A stretch of 30,466 bases of DNA from Candidatus Eiseniibacteriota bacterium (GTDB lineage: Bacteria; ARS69), in contig JBQTGV010000159.1 of the NCBI GenBank assembly GCA_052390515.1, forward strand, positions 1-30,466, given 5' to 3'. Made by a program: the position numbers and the translations under genes. Below the pieces are notes generated by a model that did not search any database, had not been told where the DNA came from, and saw nothing but the letters and a program-made list of their open reading frames with translations. Positions 15,038 through 23,674 of the stretch are shown here, piece after piece. Each line of letters begins with the position of its first letter. Position 1 is the first letter of the stretch.

Positions 15038-17380
15038 TCAGTAGCGCCGTTCGTGGATCTGGTCGAGGGAGAGCTTCTTGAGGTGCTCGACCATCTCCAC
15101 GAGGTTCTTGATCATCGCTTCCCAGATGCGTTCGCCCTTCTCGGCCGTCGCCTTCGTCGGATCCCCCAGCACGCCGTGCGGCGAGATCTTCTGCGTGCGC
15201 GCGTACCACTCGACGCTCCTGTTCCCGCTGAAGTCGAGGTAATCGCTGGAGAACTGCGGCACGAACTTCTTCGCCCGGCGCATGTCCACGAGGTGCGGGC
15301 GAACGGCGAGCGTCGTGCTCGTCTCGATCTCGCCGGCGTGCACGTCGTTGGGCGTATCGGCGATCTTGGCCACGTCCGCGTCCGAGGTCTCGCCGGTGTC
15401 CACGCAGGCGAAGATGTGCGCGTCGCGGTTGATCATCTGGGCGGCGAGCTGCAGCGTGGGCGCGTTCCCGCCGTGGCCGTTGATGATGACCAGCTTGACG
15501 ATTCCGTTGCGGGCCGCGCTCATGCCGATCTCGTAGACGAAGCGCACCAGCGCCTCGTTGCTCACGCTGAGCGTGCCCGGAAAGTCGTCGTGGTGGTACG
15601 ACACGCCGTACGGCACCAGCGGCAGCACGAGCGGCTTGGGATCGCTGCAGCGCTCGGCCACGCGCATGGCCAGGTACTGCGCGTCGTGCGAGTCCGTGTC
15701 CAGCGGGCTGTGGGCTCCGTGCTGCTCGATCGCTCCGACGGGCAGCAGCGCGAGATCCACTTCCTTGAAGCGCCGCTCGGCCTCGGGCCAGGAGAGCTCG
15801 CCGAGGATCCAGGGGCGCTTGCCGGGAGTCGGCGCGGCGCGATCGTCGGCCGCGGCGCCGGCGCGCTCCAGCGAGTACGGCAGCTCGAAGCGCGAGTCCG
15901 CCTGATCCACGTCGAGCCACATTCGCCCCTGACGCTCGACGCAGCCCTGGGAGTGCGCTGCGAAGATGCGCAGCAGCGGCCGGCGCAGATCCGTGGGAAT
16001 GGCGTCGAAGGGTGACCGCTCGCCGTCGAGGCGCACCTTCTCGATCTCCGGATGACGCCGGGTCTTCGGCCGCGCCGGCACGAGCCCGCGGTCGGCCAGC
16101 AGCGCATACACGTGTTCGGCCCCCGCCGCCTCCTGCTTCACCGGCTGCGTCTCCAGGGCCTTCAGGCAGCGTTCGATCTGCTCCGTCGTGTAGCCCAGCG
16201 TGCCCGGATCGGCTTGGATGGCGGTGAGCATGCCGACGATGCGGCGGCACTTCTCGCAAGCGCCGCACGGGTAAACGCGATCGCCCTCGACGTGGGTCAT
16301 GTGACAGGACATCTGCAGCCGCAGCACTTCCGGATAGCGCTCCGCGAGGATCTTCTCGATCAGGAACTCGGAGAGCGGCCTCAGGATCGAGAACTGCGAG
16401 ATCCCCCAGCGCTTGCGGCCGAAGTAGCGCGTCAGCGCGTTGTCGAACCAACGGCTCTGGTCGTACAGGCCCTCGTAATGGGTGATGCCGTGCGTCGTCG
16501 AACGCACCGAGGTGTCGTACTCGTCGCCGATGACGAGCCGGCCGATCTTGCGCTTCCTGAGCAGCGGCAGCGCTCCGAACAGGAACACGGCGACGGTCCA
16601 CAGCCGGATGGGATAGATGTCCGCGCGGATGCGGTCGAAGTCCGGACGCACGAAGGGCAGCCGTCGCAGCATCCAGGTGAAGAGCCGGTCGGAGTTCGTC
16701 CACACCCGCGCGGTCTGCGGCACGGTCGCGGCGAGCTCACGATACGCGTTGAGCGCGGTGTACCAGTGACGCCCGGACTCGTTCAGGAAGATGGGGTGCG
16801 TCTCGCGGCCGATCTCGCGCAGCAGGGCGAAGGAGAGCAGGCTGTCCTTCCCGCCGGAGGAGAGGACGGCGTGACGGGTTCGCTCCACCGGCCACTCCGC
16901 GCCGGCAGCCGCCGCGGCGCCCGGTCCGCCGGCCGCGCCGCCCACCGGCTTCGCCTCCTCGAAGCGCAGCGCCGCGCGCTGATACGTCTCCAGGCGTACG
17001 GCCTCGAGCTTGGACGCTTCGCCGATGAGGAACGGGTTCGGCGCGAGCAGCTTGTTCACCCAGATCTCGCGCGAGGTGTTCTCCGCCATCGAGGCGAGGA
17101 AGCGCCGGTCGGCCTCGTCGAACGGACCGTGGAACACGATCTCGTCGCCGAAGAGTCCGTAGTTCAGCGCCACCTGCGCGGCGATCATCGCCGCGAGGTT
17201 CGCGTCCGCCGGATCCTTCGGATCAAGCACCGGCTCTTCCCAGCGGTAGATGAGCTCGGATTGCTCCCGCGTCGCGCCGCGCACGACCGTGTACGGCGCG
17301 GTGATGCGCTGGGTCTCCACCTTGACCGGCCCGACCTCCAGCCGGTCGTACGCCTTGAGGAAGTCGGGGAAGGAGCTCAT
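15038..17380 (-). CDS. Fusion: N-terminal PP-loop ATPase (MurL/QueC-like, Cys cluster) + C-terminal creatininase-family amidohydrolase (780 aa)
   Basis: ATG at 17380 overlaps the upstream stop (ATGA). N-terminal part has LSSGGKDSLL, QFSILRPLSE, SCH and CGACEKC. C-terminal part (~15811-15038) has LPVGAIEQHGAH...D, NGHGGN and HAGEIETS. Confidence 0.85.
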   Translation of the reverse strand: MSSFPDFLKAYDRLEVGPVKVETQRITAPYTVVRGATREQSELIYRWEEPVLDPKDPADANLAAMIAAQVALNYGLFGDEIVFHGPFDEADRRFLASMAENTSREIWVNKLLAPNPFLIGEASKLEAVRLETYQRAALRFEEAKPVGGAAGGPGAAAAAGAEWPVERTRHAVLSSGGKDSLLSFALLREIGRETHPIFLNESGRHWYTALNAYRELAATVPQTARVWTNSDRLFTWMLRRLPFVRPDFDRIRADIYPIRLWTVAVFLFGALPLLRKRKIGRLVIGDEYDTSVRSTTHGITHYEGLYDQSRWFDNALTRYFGRKRWGISQFSILRPLSEFLIEKILAERYPEVLRLQMSCHMTHVEGDRVYPCGACEKCRRIVGMLTAIQADPGTLGYTTEQIERCLKALETQPVKQEAAGAEHVYALLADRGLVPARPKTRRHPEIEKVRLDGERSPFDAIPTDLRRPLLRIFAAHSQGCVERQGRMWLDVDQADSRFELPYSLERAGAAADDRAAPTPGKRPWILGELSWPEAERRFKEVDLALLPVGAIEQHGAHSPLDTDSHDAQYLAMRVAERCSDPKPLVLPLVPYGVSYHHDDFPGTLSVSNEALVRFVYEIGMSAARNGIVKLVIINGHGGNAPTLQLAAQMINRDAHIFACVDTGETSDADVAKIADTPNDVHAGEIETSTTLAVRPHLVDMRRAKKFVPQFSSDYLDFSGNRSVEWYARTQKISPHGVLGDPTKATAEKGERIWEAMIKNLVEMVEHLKKLSLDQIHERRY

Positions 17381-18480
17381 CGCCGGGGTGATGCGCCGAT
17401 GCGCCGCACGGCCTCGATGCGCGGGCGAAGGACGTCGACGAGCCCGGCGCCTCCGCCCTGCAGCGCGTCGAACGCGGGCAGCCCGGTCTCCTCGGTGATG
17501 CGGCGGCACGCGGCGGGCACGTCCGCCGCCGCGATCTCCTCGTGGTTGACGGTCACGGCGACGACCGGCTTGCCCGAGAGCAGCTCGATGGCCCGGATCT
17601 GCTCGGGCAGCCGGTGCAGCGGGTAGCCGGGGAAGCCGTCGTACTCGCGGCGGGCGGGTGCGTGCTGCACGACGACGGCATGCGGGCGGCCCGCGGCCAG
17701 CAGCTCGAAGCCGCCGGGGTACGCCGGGTTCATCAGCGAGCCCTGTCCCTCGATCACGATCACGTCGGGATCCCGCTCCTTCCACGCCCGCCACACGACA
17801 TGCTCCACCTCGCCGGAGACGAAGTCGTTCACGATCGAGTCCAGAACGATGGAGTACTCCGCGCCCTGCAGCCACGCGGTCTGTCCGGTACCGGCGAGCA
17901 GCGCGCGGAACCCGGCCGCCTCCAGTGCGTCGACCAGCACCCAGGCCGTCGTGCGCTTGCCGATGGCCGAGTCGGTGCCGAGCACCGCCACCCGGAACGA
18001 CGTCACCTCCTCGATCTTGCCGCTGAAGAAGTGCAGCTCCGAGCGGGGTGGTGGCTTGCGGATGTCGTGGATGCGCGCGCCGCTCTTCGTTGCCGCACGG
18101 ACCAGATCCTCGTCTTCGGAGAGGAAGTCGTGCAGGCCGCAATCCACGTGCAGCCCGAGCGAGAGCGCGGCGCGGACGTCCGCGCGCGCCTCTCGGGAGA
18201 GCCGGCCGCCGTCCGGCGCGAGGCCCACCACGAAGTGCGTGGCCGGCGTCCTTCGCGCGCGTCCCAGCTCGACCGCCTCGCGGAGGCTCCCGACGATCGG
18301 GATCCCGTTCGCCTTCCCGTCGAGCGTCTCACCGGCGTCGGCGCCGGCGTGCCGCGAGTCCACGATGCACAGCACCCCGTACCGCCGCGACCGCCGCACC
18401 AGCCCGTGCGCGGTCTTGCCGTTCGTCGTCCCGAACGCGCCCTCGCAGTAGACGACGGCCGTACCTTCCACGCCTCTCAC
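17377..18480 (-). CDS. DUF1611 family protein (DgcN-like N-acetyltransferase/P-loop; ~365 aa)
   Basis: GKTAHGLVR, GLHDFL, VLGTDSAIGKRTT, GTGQT, DFVSGEVE, IEGQGSL..PAY motifs. Start is GTG at 18480 (overlapping the upstream stop) or 18471. Confidence 0.88.
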   Translation of the reverse strand: MRGVEGTAVVYCEGAFGTTNGKTAHGLVRRSRRYGVLCIVDSRHAGADAGETLDGKANGIPIVGSLREAVELGRARRTPATHFVVGLAPDGGRLSREARADVRAALSLGLHVDCGLHDFLSEDEDLVRAATKSGARIHDIRKPPPRSELHFFSGKIEEVTSFRVAVLGTDSAIGKRTTAWVLVDALEAAGFRALLAGTGQTAWLQGAEYSIVLDSIVNDFVSGEVEHVVWRAWKERDPDVIVIEGQGSLMNPAYPGGFELLAAGRPHAVVVQHAPARREYDGFPGYPLHRLPEQIRAIELLSGKPVVAVTVNHEEIAAADVPAACRRITEETGLPAFDALQGGGAGLVDVLRPRIEAVRRIGASPRR

Positions 18481-19619
18481 TTCCTTCCGGTGAGGACGGC
18501 CACGTAGCGGTCGTTCGGGAAGGGACTCTTGCCGTGCATCTCGATCAGGGCGATGAGCCCCGCGGCCGCCGCCGGCAGGACCGAGAGGCCCTCCTTCTCC
18601 AGAACCAGCCGCGCGATCGCCTTCAAGTCCTTGTCCGTGGCGTAGGCCGCGGCCCCGTTCGTCGCGCGCAGCGCGTCCAGAGCATCCTCGCCCTCGGCCG
18701 AGTGCCAGTTGATGAGCGGCTCGTTCGTCGCCGTCTCGCGGATGGCGCGTGGATCCAGGTCCTCGTACGTGGCGGCGCCCTTGAGGAACGAGTGCACGAT
18801 GGGGTTCTTGCGGTAGGAGGACCCGGCGACCATCCGCGGCATCCGCGACGTCCGCCCGCGCCGGTAGAGGCTCAGGAAGCCGCGGTAGATTCCGGTGAGC
18901 GTCGTGCCGTTGGAGACCGGCACCGCAACGATGGCCGGCGCGTCGCGGAGCTGGTCGTAGATCTCGTAGGCGATCTCCCCGTAGGCCTTGAGCTGCAGCG
19001 CGGTGTTCGCGCCGCCGGGGTTCGCATCGTAGATGTCGTCGCGCTCGGCGCGCGCGCGGGACGCGGCGACCGCCCCCTCGTAGTCCTCGCCCTCGCGGAG
19101 GATCCTCGTGCCCAGCCGCTCCATCTCCTCGATTCGCCGCGAGCTGTAGCCCTTCGGAACGTACATGAAGCACTCCAGGCCGGCGCACATCGCCGCGAGC
19201 GCCATGGCCACCCCGTAGTTCCCGCAGGTCGCTGCGGTCACGGAGACGAACCCCCGCCGGATGGCGTCGGAGGCCTGGGCGAAGGCGATGCGGTCCTTCT
19301 GCGTGCCGGTGGCGTTGCTGCCCTCGAACTTGAGGAAGAGCTGCCGGATGCCCACTTCCCGCTCGACGTTCCGGGAGCGGGCCAGCGTCGTGTCGCCGAT
19401 CTCCGAGTCGAAAATGTTCTCCAGCGCCTCCAGGCGCTCGTCGATGCCGCGAGAGGGATCCGAGGCGATGGTCCGCTCGGCGCCGAGCTCGCCGGGGAGG
19501 ACCTTGGTCGAGTCCACCAGGAGGACGGGCGGGATCGTGTACCGGGCTTCCTCGCGCGCCTCGCCGTTGGTCGGCGGGAGGTGCTCGACCCGGGGCCCGG
19601 CGACGGGAGGGTCAGGCAC
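18477..19619 (-). CDS. Fold-type II PLP-dependent enzyme, threonine-synthase-like (380 aa)
   Basis: LFLKFEGSNATGTQKDR (PLP Lys), ATCGNYG, AYEIYDQL, VPVSNGTTL, VLTG. GTG at 19619 with AAGGAGG 6 nt upstream. Confidence 0.88.
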   Translation of the reverse strand: MPDPPVAGPRVEHLPPTNGEAREEARYTIPPVLLVDSTKVLPGELGAERTIASDPSRGIDERLEALENIFDSEIGDTTLARSRNVEREVGIRQLFLKFEGSNATGTQKDRIAFAQASDAIRRGFVSVTAATCGNYGVAMALAAMCAGLECFMYVPKGYSSRRIEEMERLGTRILREGEDYEGAVAASRARAERDDIYDANPGGANTALQLKAYGEIAYEIYDQLRDAPAIVAVPVSNGTTLTGIYRGFLSLYRRGRTSRMPRMVAGSSYRKNPIVHSFLKGAATYEDLDPRAIRETATNEPLINWHSAEGEDALDALRATNGAAAYATDKDLKAIARLVLEKEGLSVLPAAAAGLIALIEMHGKSPFPNDRYVAVLTGRK

Positions 19620-19848
19620 GGTAGTCCTCCTTGCGCAGTCCGTAGCGTCGCATCTTCTCGAACAGGGCACGCTCGCTGATCCCGGCGCGGCGCGCGGTCA
19701 GGCCGACCCGGCCGGCCGTGGCTCGGAGCGCCCGGTCCAGGTACTCGCGCTCGAACCGGGCGAGCAGCTCCTCGCGGGCGGCGGGCAGGGGGACGGCGAG
19801 CGGGTCCCCCACGGCGGCGGTCTTCGACGTGAGGGTTCGGCTCGGCAT
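19612..19848 (-). CDS. Stand-alone Fis/NtrC-type helix-turn-helix protein (78 aa)
   Basis: C-terminal end of track ORF 19612..21591. ATG at 19848 with GGAGG 8 nt upstream. FEREYLDRALRATAGRVGLTARRAGISERALFEKMRRYGL is the HTH_8 pattern. Confidence 0.78.
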   Translation of the reverse strand: MPSRTLTSKTAAVGDPLAVPLPAAREELLARFEREYLDRALRATAGRVGLTARRAGISERALFEKMRRYGLRKEDYRA

Positions 19849-19881
19849 CCGGGAGTCCTCCGACCGGTCGGGACACCGATA

Positions 19882-19912
19882 CCGAAAAAGCCGGCAGCGG
19901 TCTTCCGAAAAA
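19882..19912. promoter_or_regulatory. Direct repeat CCGAAAAA x2 in the divergent control region (possible operator)
   Basis: CCGAAAAA at 19882-19889 and 19905-19912 (23-bp period). A 12-bp palindrome CCGACCGGTCGG lies at 19860-19871. Confidence 0.3.
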
Positions 19913-20003
19913 ACTCGCGAAGAGGTCGGCGCTGGTCGTAATTTCCCGCCGGCGTCACTCGAACCGGAGGCGCCGCCGGACCCGAGAGGAGAACGCAGGT
20001 TCG

Positions 20004-20255
20004 ATGAGCAGGACCCGACGAAAGCCCCCCGGCCGTGATCGGGAGTCCGGGAAACGTCGCGGGAACACACCGGCACGGCGTCCGCCGAAGGATGAGCGAG
20101 CTCGAGAGGAGCTGGAATGGGACGAAGACGAGGCAGTCGACGACGAGCAGGAGGACATAGAGAGCCCCGACGAGAGCCTGGAGGAGGATGCTCTCGACGA
20201 GGGAATCTCGGAGGACTCCTGGGACGATGAGGAGCCGACTGAACGGGCGGGGTGA
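20004..20255 (+). CDS. Small intrinsically disordered protein with basic N-terminus and acidic C-terminus (83 aa)
   Basis: 14 R/K in the first 34 residues, then 27 D/E in 46 residues. AGGAG upstream. It fills the gap before the SET gene and does not look like a shadow frame. Confidence 0.6.
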   Translation: MSRTRRKPPGRDRESGKRRGNTPARRPPKDERAREELEWDEDEAVDDEQEDIESPDESLEEDALDEGISEDSWDDEEPTERAG

Positions 20256-20844
20256 AGGCGCCGCCTCGGCCCCGAGCACGAACGGAGGACCGCGGCGGGC
20301 GCGCCGCGAGCACGAATCCCGAGATGCGGTGATGCTGGGCGAGACGAACGTGGGCCGCGGCGTGTTCCTCGCCCGCGACGTCCGCGTGGGAGAACGGATC
20401 CTCGAGTTCCGCGGAACCCCGATGGACTTCGAGGACACGCTGCACATGGGCGATTTGGAGTGCTACGCGTTCCAGATCGGAAAGGACGAGTACCTCGACC
20501 TCGAGCCGCCGGGCCGCTTCGTCAACCACTCCTGCGAGCCGAACGCCGGCATCAAGGACGGCGTGTTCCTCGTCGCGCTGCGGGACATGAAGGCCGGCGA
20601 GGAGGTGCGCTTCGACTACTCCACCTGCATGAGCGAGGGCCACTGGACGATGGACTGCTGCTGCGGCGCGCAGTCCTGCCGGGGGCTCATCCGTGACTTC
20701 AGGTGGCTCCCGCGAGACCGCAAGACGGAGCTGGTCCAGATGGACGCCGTTCCCGCGTTCATCGTGGCCGAGGAGGTCGAGTCCGGCCGGCTCGCTGAGG
20801 TCGAGCCCGAGCGGGCTCCGGTGCGCCGCTACCGGAGGAGCTGA
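20227..20844 (+). CDS. SET domain protein-lysine methyltransferase with post-SET zinc cluster
   Basis: GRGVF, RFVNHSCEPN, GEEVRFDY, CCCGAQSCRG. Start uncertain (ATG 20227, GTG 20329 or ATG 20332). The 3' end overlaps the convergent molybdoenzyme gene by 16 nt. Confidence 0.88.
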   Translation: MRSRLNGRGEGAASAPSTNGGPRRARREHESRDAVMLGETNVGRGVFLARDVRVGERILEFRGTPMDFEDTLHMGDLECYAFQIGKDEYLDLEPPGRFVNHSCEPNAGIKDGVFLVALRDMKAGEEVRFDYSTCMSEGHWTMDCCCGAQSCRGLIRDFRWLPRDRKTELVQMDAVPAFIVAEEVESGRLAEVEPERAPVRRYRRS

Positions 20845-23663
20845 CCGCCGCGCTCCGGAAGGCGCCAGGCGTTCTTCGCCGGGCGCACCGGGCGGATCAG
20901 CCATCCGGGACGGCGTGTCCCGTCGGGCGAGCAGGCCAGCGCGGAGCGGGCCTTCGCCAGCCACTTTCGGTACACCTCGTGTGACTTGGCGACGTCGACG
21001 GCGACGTCGCCGTGGCGATCGTCCGGCTCCCCTCGCCGCACCCGCACCGCCTGGTGCCAGCAGTGCATGCCGGAGACCGGGTCCGGGTGCACGGGGAACG
21101 TCAGGTTCTGGTGCACGCCCGCGTCCGTCCACCAGATGCGCCGCGTGTCGGGATCCGCGGAGTCGTACGGGACGATTCCCTGGCTCCGGCGAAGGCGGAA
21201 GCGGCTGCCCGTCCGCTCGAGGGCGACGGTGGCCATGAGCTGGCGCTGGCCGTGCCCGTGCAGCTTCCATCGTCCCATGTGATGGCTGCAGGCCACCACG
21301 CCGGGGCGAATCCCCTCGGTCACCCACGCGCGAACGACGTACCAGCCGATTTCCGTTTCGACGCGCGCCAGGTCGCCGGTCTCGACCCCGACGCGGGCCG
21401 CATCGGACGGATGGATCCACAGCGGATTGGTGTGCGCGATCTCGTCCAGCCACTTGGAGTTCGCGCTGCGCGTGTGGATCTGCACCGGGACGCGGAACGT
21501 GGAGATCAGGATCATCTCGTCCTCGCGGAGCGCGCGCGGTCCGACGTGGCTCTCGAGGTGGCGGGGGACCGCGACCTCGCGCCAGCCCCACGCCGCGAGC
21601 GTCGACGACCAGAACTCGAGCCGGCCGCTCGGAGTGGGGAAGCCGCGCAGCACGCGGCCGTCGACGCGCACGCCGGCCGGTCGCCTCCCCTCCGCGTCGT
21701 CAGGCGGCGCTCCGGTCGGCGCCAGATTCACCGCGGCCGGCTTCGCCGCGCGCGTGTACACGCGGCCGAAGGCGTTCTCGACGACGTCCTCGAGCTCGGC
21801 CGCGGGCACTTCCTCCTCGTGCAGCGGCCCGACGTTCTTCGCCACCTCGAAGGCGCCGTACCGCCGCATGTACTCGAGCGGCGTGCGCCCCTCGCCCGCG
21901 GCCCGCTCGGGCAGCCCGGGAACGGCGTGCGCGAAGAGGTGACCGTAGTACTCGTCGACGGACAGACGCGTACCGGGCCGTTCAACGGACTCCACGAACT
22001 CGCGGATGCCGAGAGAGCCGTCCGGGTCGATCCGCCAGGACAGCTCCAGCCAGAACTCGTTCTCCTCCCAGACCTCACCTGGATTCACCTGGCGCGTGTC
22101 GGTGATCGTTTCGCCCAGACGCCTCCGTGCCTCGCGCAGCACCGGCTGGCGGAAGCCGATCCACTGTCCGTCGTACGTCTCGTAGGAGTGCACGTCATGG
22201 CGCTCGCTGGCGTGGCCCATCGGCAGGATCAGGTCGGCGAAGTACGCGGTCTCGTTCCAGGTCGGCGTCATCGCGACGTGCAGACCGACCTTCGCCTCGT
22301 CGGTGAGCATCTCGATCCAGGAGAAGCCGTCCGGGTTCGTCCACACCGGGTTGTAGACGCGCGTGAAGTACACGTCGAGACGGCCGCGTCCCTCCTTGAG
22401 GAAGTGCGGCAGCAGGAAGGACAGCTCGTTCTGCGCGAGCGGATACTCGACCGGCCAGGAGAGCTCGTTCCAGTGCTCGGGGTGGCGGTGCGGCAGCCGG
22501 ATCGGCTTCGCCACGAACTTGTTCCACGCGTTCGGATAGGTGCCGCCCGGCGTGGCCACGGCACCCAGCAGTGCGTTCAGCAGGAACAGCGTGCGCGCCA
22601 CCTGCCAGCCGCCCTCGTTGCCCGCAGCGGCGCTGCGCCAGGTGTGCGTCGACAGCCGCGTGCCCGCACCGGCCACCGCGTCGGCCACCTCCCGCAGGGT
22701 GATCACGTCGATGCCGGACTCGGCCGCGGCGCGCTCGAACGTGTACTCGGCGTACTGCTCCCCGAGCACGCGTTCGAACGTGGCGAAGTCGTCGGGCCGG
22801 CCCGGATGCTCCGCGGCCAGGTACTCGCGCCAGTTCCACCAGCGGCGAACGAACTCGCGGTCGTGGCGGCGCTCTCGGATGATGTGCGCGGCGATGGCCA
22901 GGTGTATGAGCGGCTCGGATCCGGGCCGGCACGGCAGCCACCAGTCGGCGTGCGTCGCCGTGTTGGAGAGGCGCGTGTCCAGCACGATGATCTTCGCGCC
23001 GCGCTGCTTCGCCTCGATGATGCGCTGCGCGTGCGGGTTGAAGTAATGCCCGGTCTCCAGGTGCGAGCTCACCAGGAAGATGACGTCGGCGCGGGCGTGG
23101 TCGGGGCTCGGCCGGTCGATGCCCATCCAGAACTGGTAACCGGCGCGCGCGTTCGACGAGCAGATGTTGGTGTGCGAGTTGTGGCCGTCGACGCCCCACG
23201 CCGCCAGCATCCGCTCGACGAAGCCGTCTTCGCCGGGGCGGCCCACGTGGTACATGATCTCGCGGTGGCGCTTCTCGCGGAGTGCGGTGCCGATGCGCGC
23301 GGCCAGCAGGTCCAGCACTTCGTCCCAGCCGATCCGTTCCCACTGCCCGGCCCCGCGCGCGCCCACCCGCCGCAGCGGGTGCAGGATGCGGTCGGGATCG
23401 GTGATCTGGTTGAGCGTGGCCGGACCCTTCGCGCAATTGCGTCCGCGGGATCCCGGATGCTCGGGATTGCCCTCGAAGCGGCGGATCTTCATCGTGTCCC
23501 GGTCCACGTAGGCGAGCAGCCCGCAGGCCGACTCGCAGTTGAAGCAGGTAGTGGGCACGAGCAGGCATCGCCGCTCGACGCGCCGCGGCCAGGCCTTCGC
23601 GTCGAGCTCGGACCAGTCGTCCCAGCTCTCCTTCGGCGGATACGCGGCGAGCTCCCGATCCAT
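20829..23663 (-). CDS. Molybdo-bis(PGD) oxidoreductase catalytic subunit, Psr/Phs/Sre/Soe-like, no Tat signal (944 aa)
   Basis: ATG at 23663 after AGGAG. CFNCESAC...NCAKG 4Fe-4S motif, DRILHPLRR, HTNICSS (candidate Cys ligand), ETAYFADLILP, WIHPSDA...GVETGD C-terminal domain. Confidence 0.92.
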   Translation of the reverse strand: MDRELAAYPPKESWDDWSELDAKAWPRRVERRCLLVPTTCFNCESACGLLAYVDRDTMKIRRFEGNPEHPGSRGRNCAKGPATLNQITDPDRILHPLRRVGARGAGQWERIGWDEVLDLLAARIGTALREKRHREIMYHVGRPGEDGFVERMLAAWGVDGHNSHTNICSSNARAGYQFWMGIDRPSPDHARADVIFLVSSHLETGHYFNPHAQRIIEAKQRGAKIIVLDTRLSNTATHADWWLPCRPGSEPLIHLAIAAHIIRERRHDREFVRRWWNWREYLAAEHPGRPDDFATFERVLGEQYAEYTFERAAAESGIDVITLREVADAVAGAGTRLSTHTWRSAAAGNEGGWQVARTLFLLNALLGAVATPGGTYPNAWNKFVAKPIRLPHRHPEHWNELSWPVEYPLAQNELSFLLPHFLKEGRGRLDVYFTRVYNPVWTNPDGFSWIEMLTDEAKVGLHVAMTPTWNETAYFADLILPMGHASERHDVHSYETYDGQWIGFRQPVLREARRRLGETITDTRQVNPGEVWEENEFWLELSWRIDPDGSLGIREFVESVERPGTRLSVDEYYGHLFAHAVPGLPERAAGEGRTPLEYMRRYGAFEVAKNVGPLHEEEVPAAELEDVVENAFGRVYTRAAKPAAVNLAPTGAPPDDAEGRRPAGVRVDGRVLRGFPTPSGRLEFWSSTLAAWGWREVAVPRHLESHVGPRALREDEMILISTFRVPVQIHTRSANSKWLDEIAHTNPLWIHPSDAARVGVETGDLARVETEIGWYVVRAWVTEGIRPGVVACSHHMGRWKLHGHGQRQLMATVALERTGSRFRLRRSQGIVPYDSADPDTRRIWWTDAGVHQNLTFPVHPDPVSGMHCWHQAVRVRRGEPDDRHGDVAVDVAKSHEVYRKWLAKARSALACSPDGTRRPGWLIRPVRPAKNAWRLPERGGQLLR

Positions 23664-23674
23664 CGCGGCTTCTC

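Noticed and set aside
15038-19188. Track starts at 18142 (1034 aa) and 19188 (603 aa)
   Set aside because: The extensions overlap the upstream genes out of frame. Coupled starts at 17380 and 18480/18471 fit better.
19612-21591. 659-aa ORF as a full sigma54-dependent activator
   Set aside because: No Walker A/B or GAFTGA motif. Only the last 78 aa are HTH-like and they have their own RBS and ATG. No convincing -24/-12 promoter was seen nearby.
20829-23663. Formate dehydrogenase or selenoprotein call for the molybdoenzyme
   Set aside because: No in-frame TGA, and the ligand region HTNICSS lacks the C/U-H pair of FDHs. The NrfD partner and sulfur-relay context favour a Psr/Sre/Soe-like enzyme.
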